DNA of 16,176 nt from a bacterium (GTDB taxonomy: Bacteria; Zhuqueibacterota; Zhuqueibacteria; Zhuqueibacterales; Zhuqueibacteraceae), in NCBI GenBank assembly GCA_044869275.1, contig JBIOXB010000176.1, forward strand, positions 1-16,176, read 5' to 3'. A program made the position numbers and the translations under genes. Numbering within the stretch: position 1 is the first letter of the stretch; each line of letters starts with the position of its first letter. The notes below the pieces were generated by a model that did not search any database, had not been told where the DNA came from, and worked only from the letters and a program-made list of their open reading frames with translations. Below, one piece after another: positions 16,176 through 16,176 of this stretch.

Positions 16176-16176
16176 T

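Overview
A 16.2 kb bacterial chromosomal window with GC-rich genes, AT-richer spacers and 13 supportable CDSs. Left, minus strand: ferritin, an atypical SDR/NAD(P)-binding protein, a monoheme c-type cytochrome lipoprotein and a secreted M19 dipeptidase. Divergent from these, a tight plus-strand operon: NfeD, SPFH/paraslipin, dipeptide epimerase and Zn-dependent alcohol dehydrogenase. Centre: a small 3-TM hypothetical protein divergent from a stand-alone 942-aa PHP + SMC/ABC-type ATPase fusion (Ppl/TrlF-like, candidate anti-phage protein) with partly substituted PHP metal ligands. Right: a likely sigma-54 unit (candidate -24/-12 promoter and paired upstream sites, a secreted hypothetical protein, a second ~70%-identical cytochrome paralogue), a GAF-AAA+-HTH enhancer-binding protein, and a convergent 5'-truncated PAS/HisKA_3 sensor kinase. 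Several spacers carry small non-coding elements: MITE-like units with terminal inverted repeats around REP-like hairpins, and palindromes built from 7-, 9- or 10-nt tandem units. I found no rRNA, tRNA, CRISPR array or transposase. All family calls come from motif recognition by eye; no searches were run.
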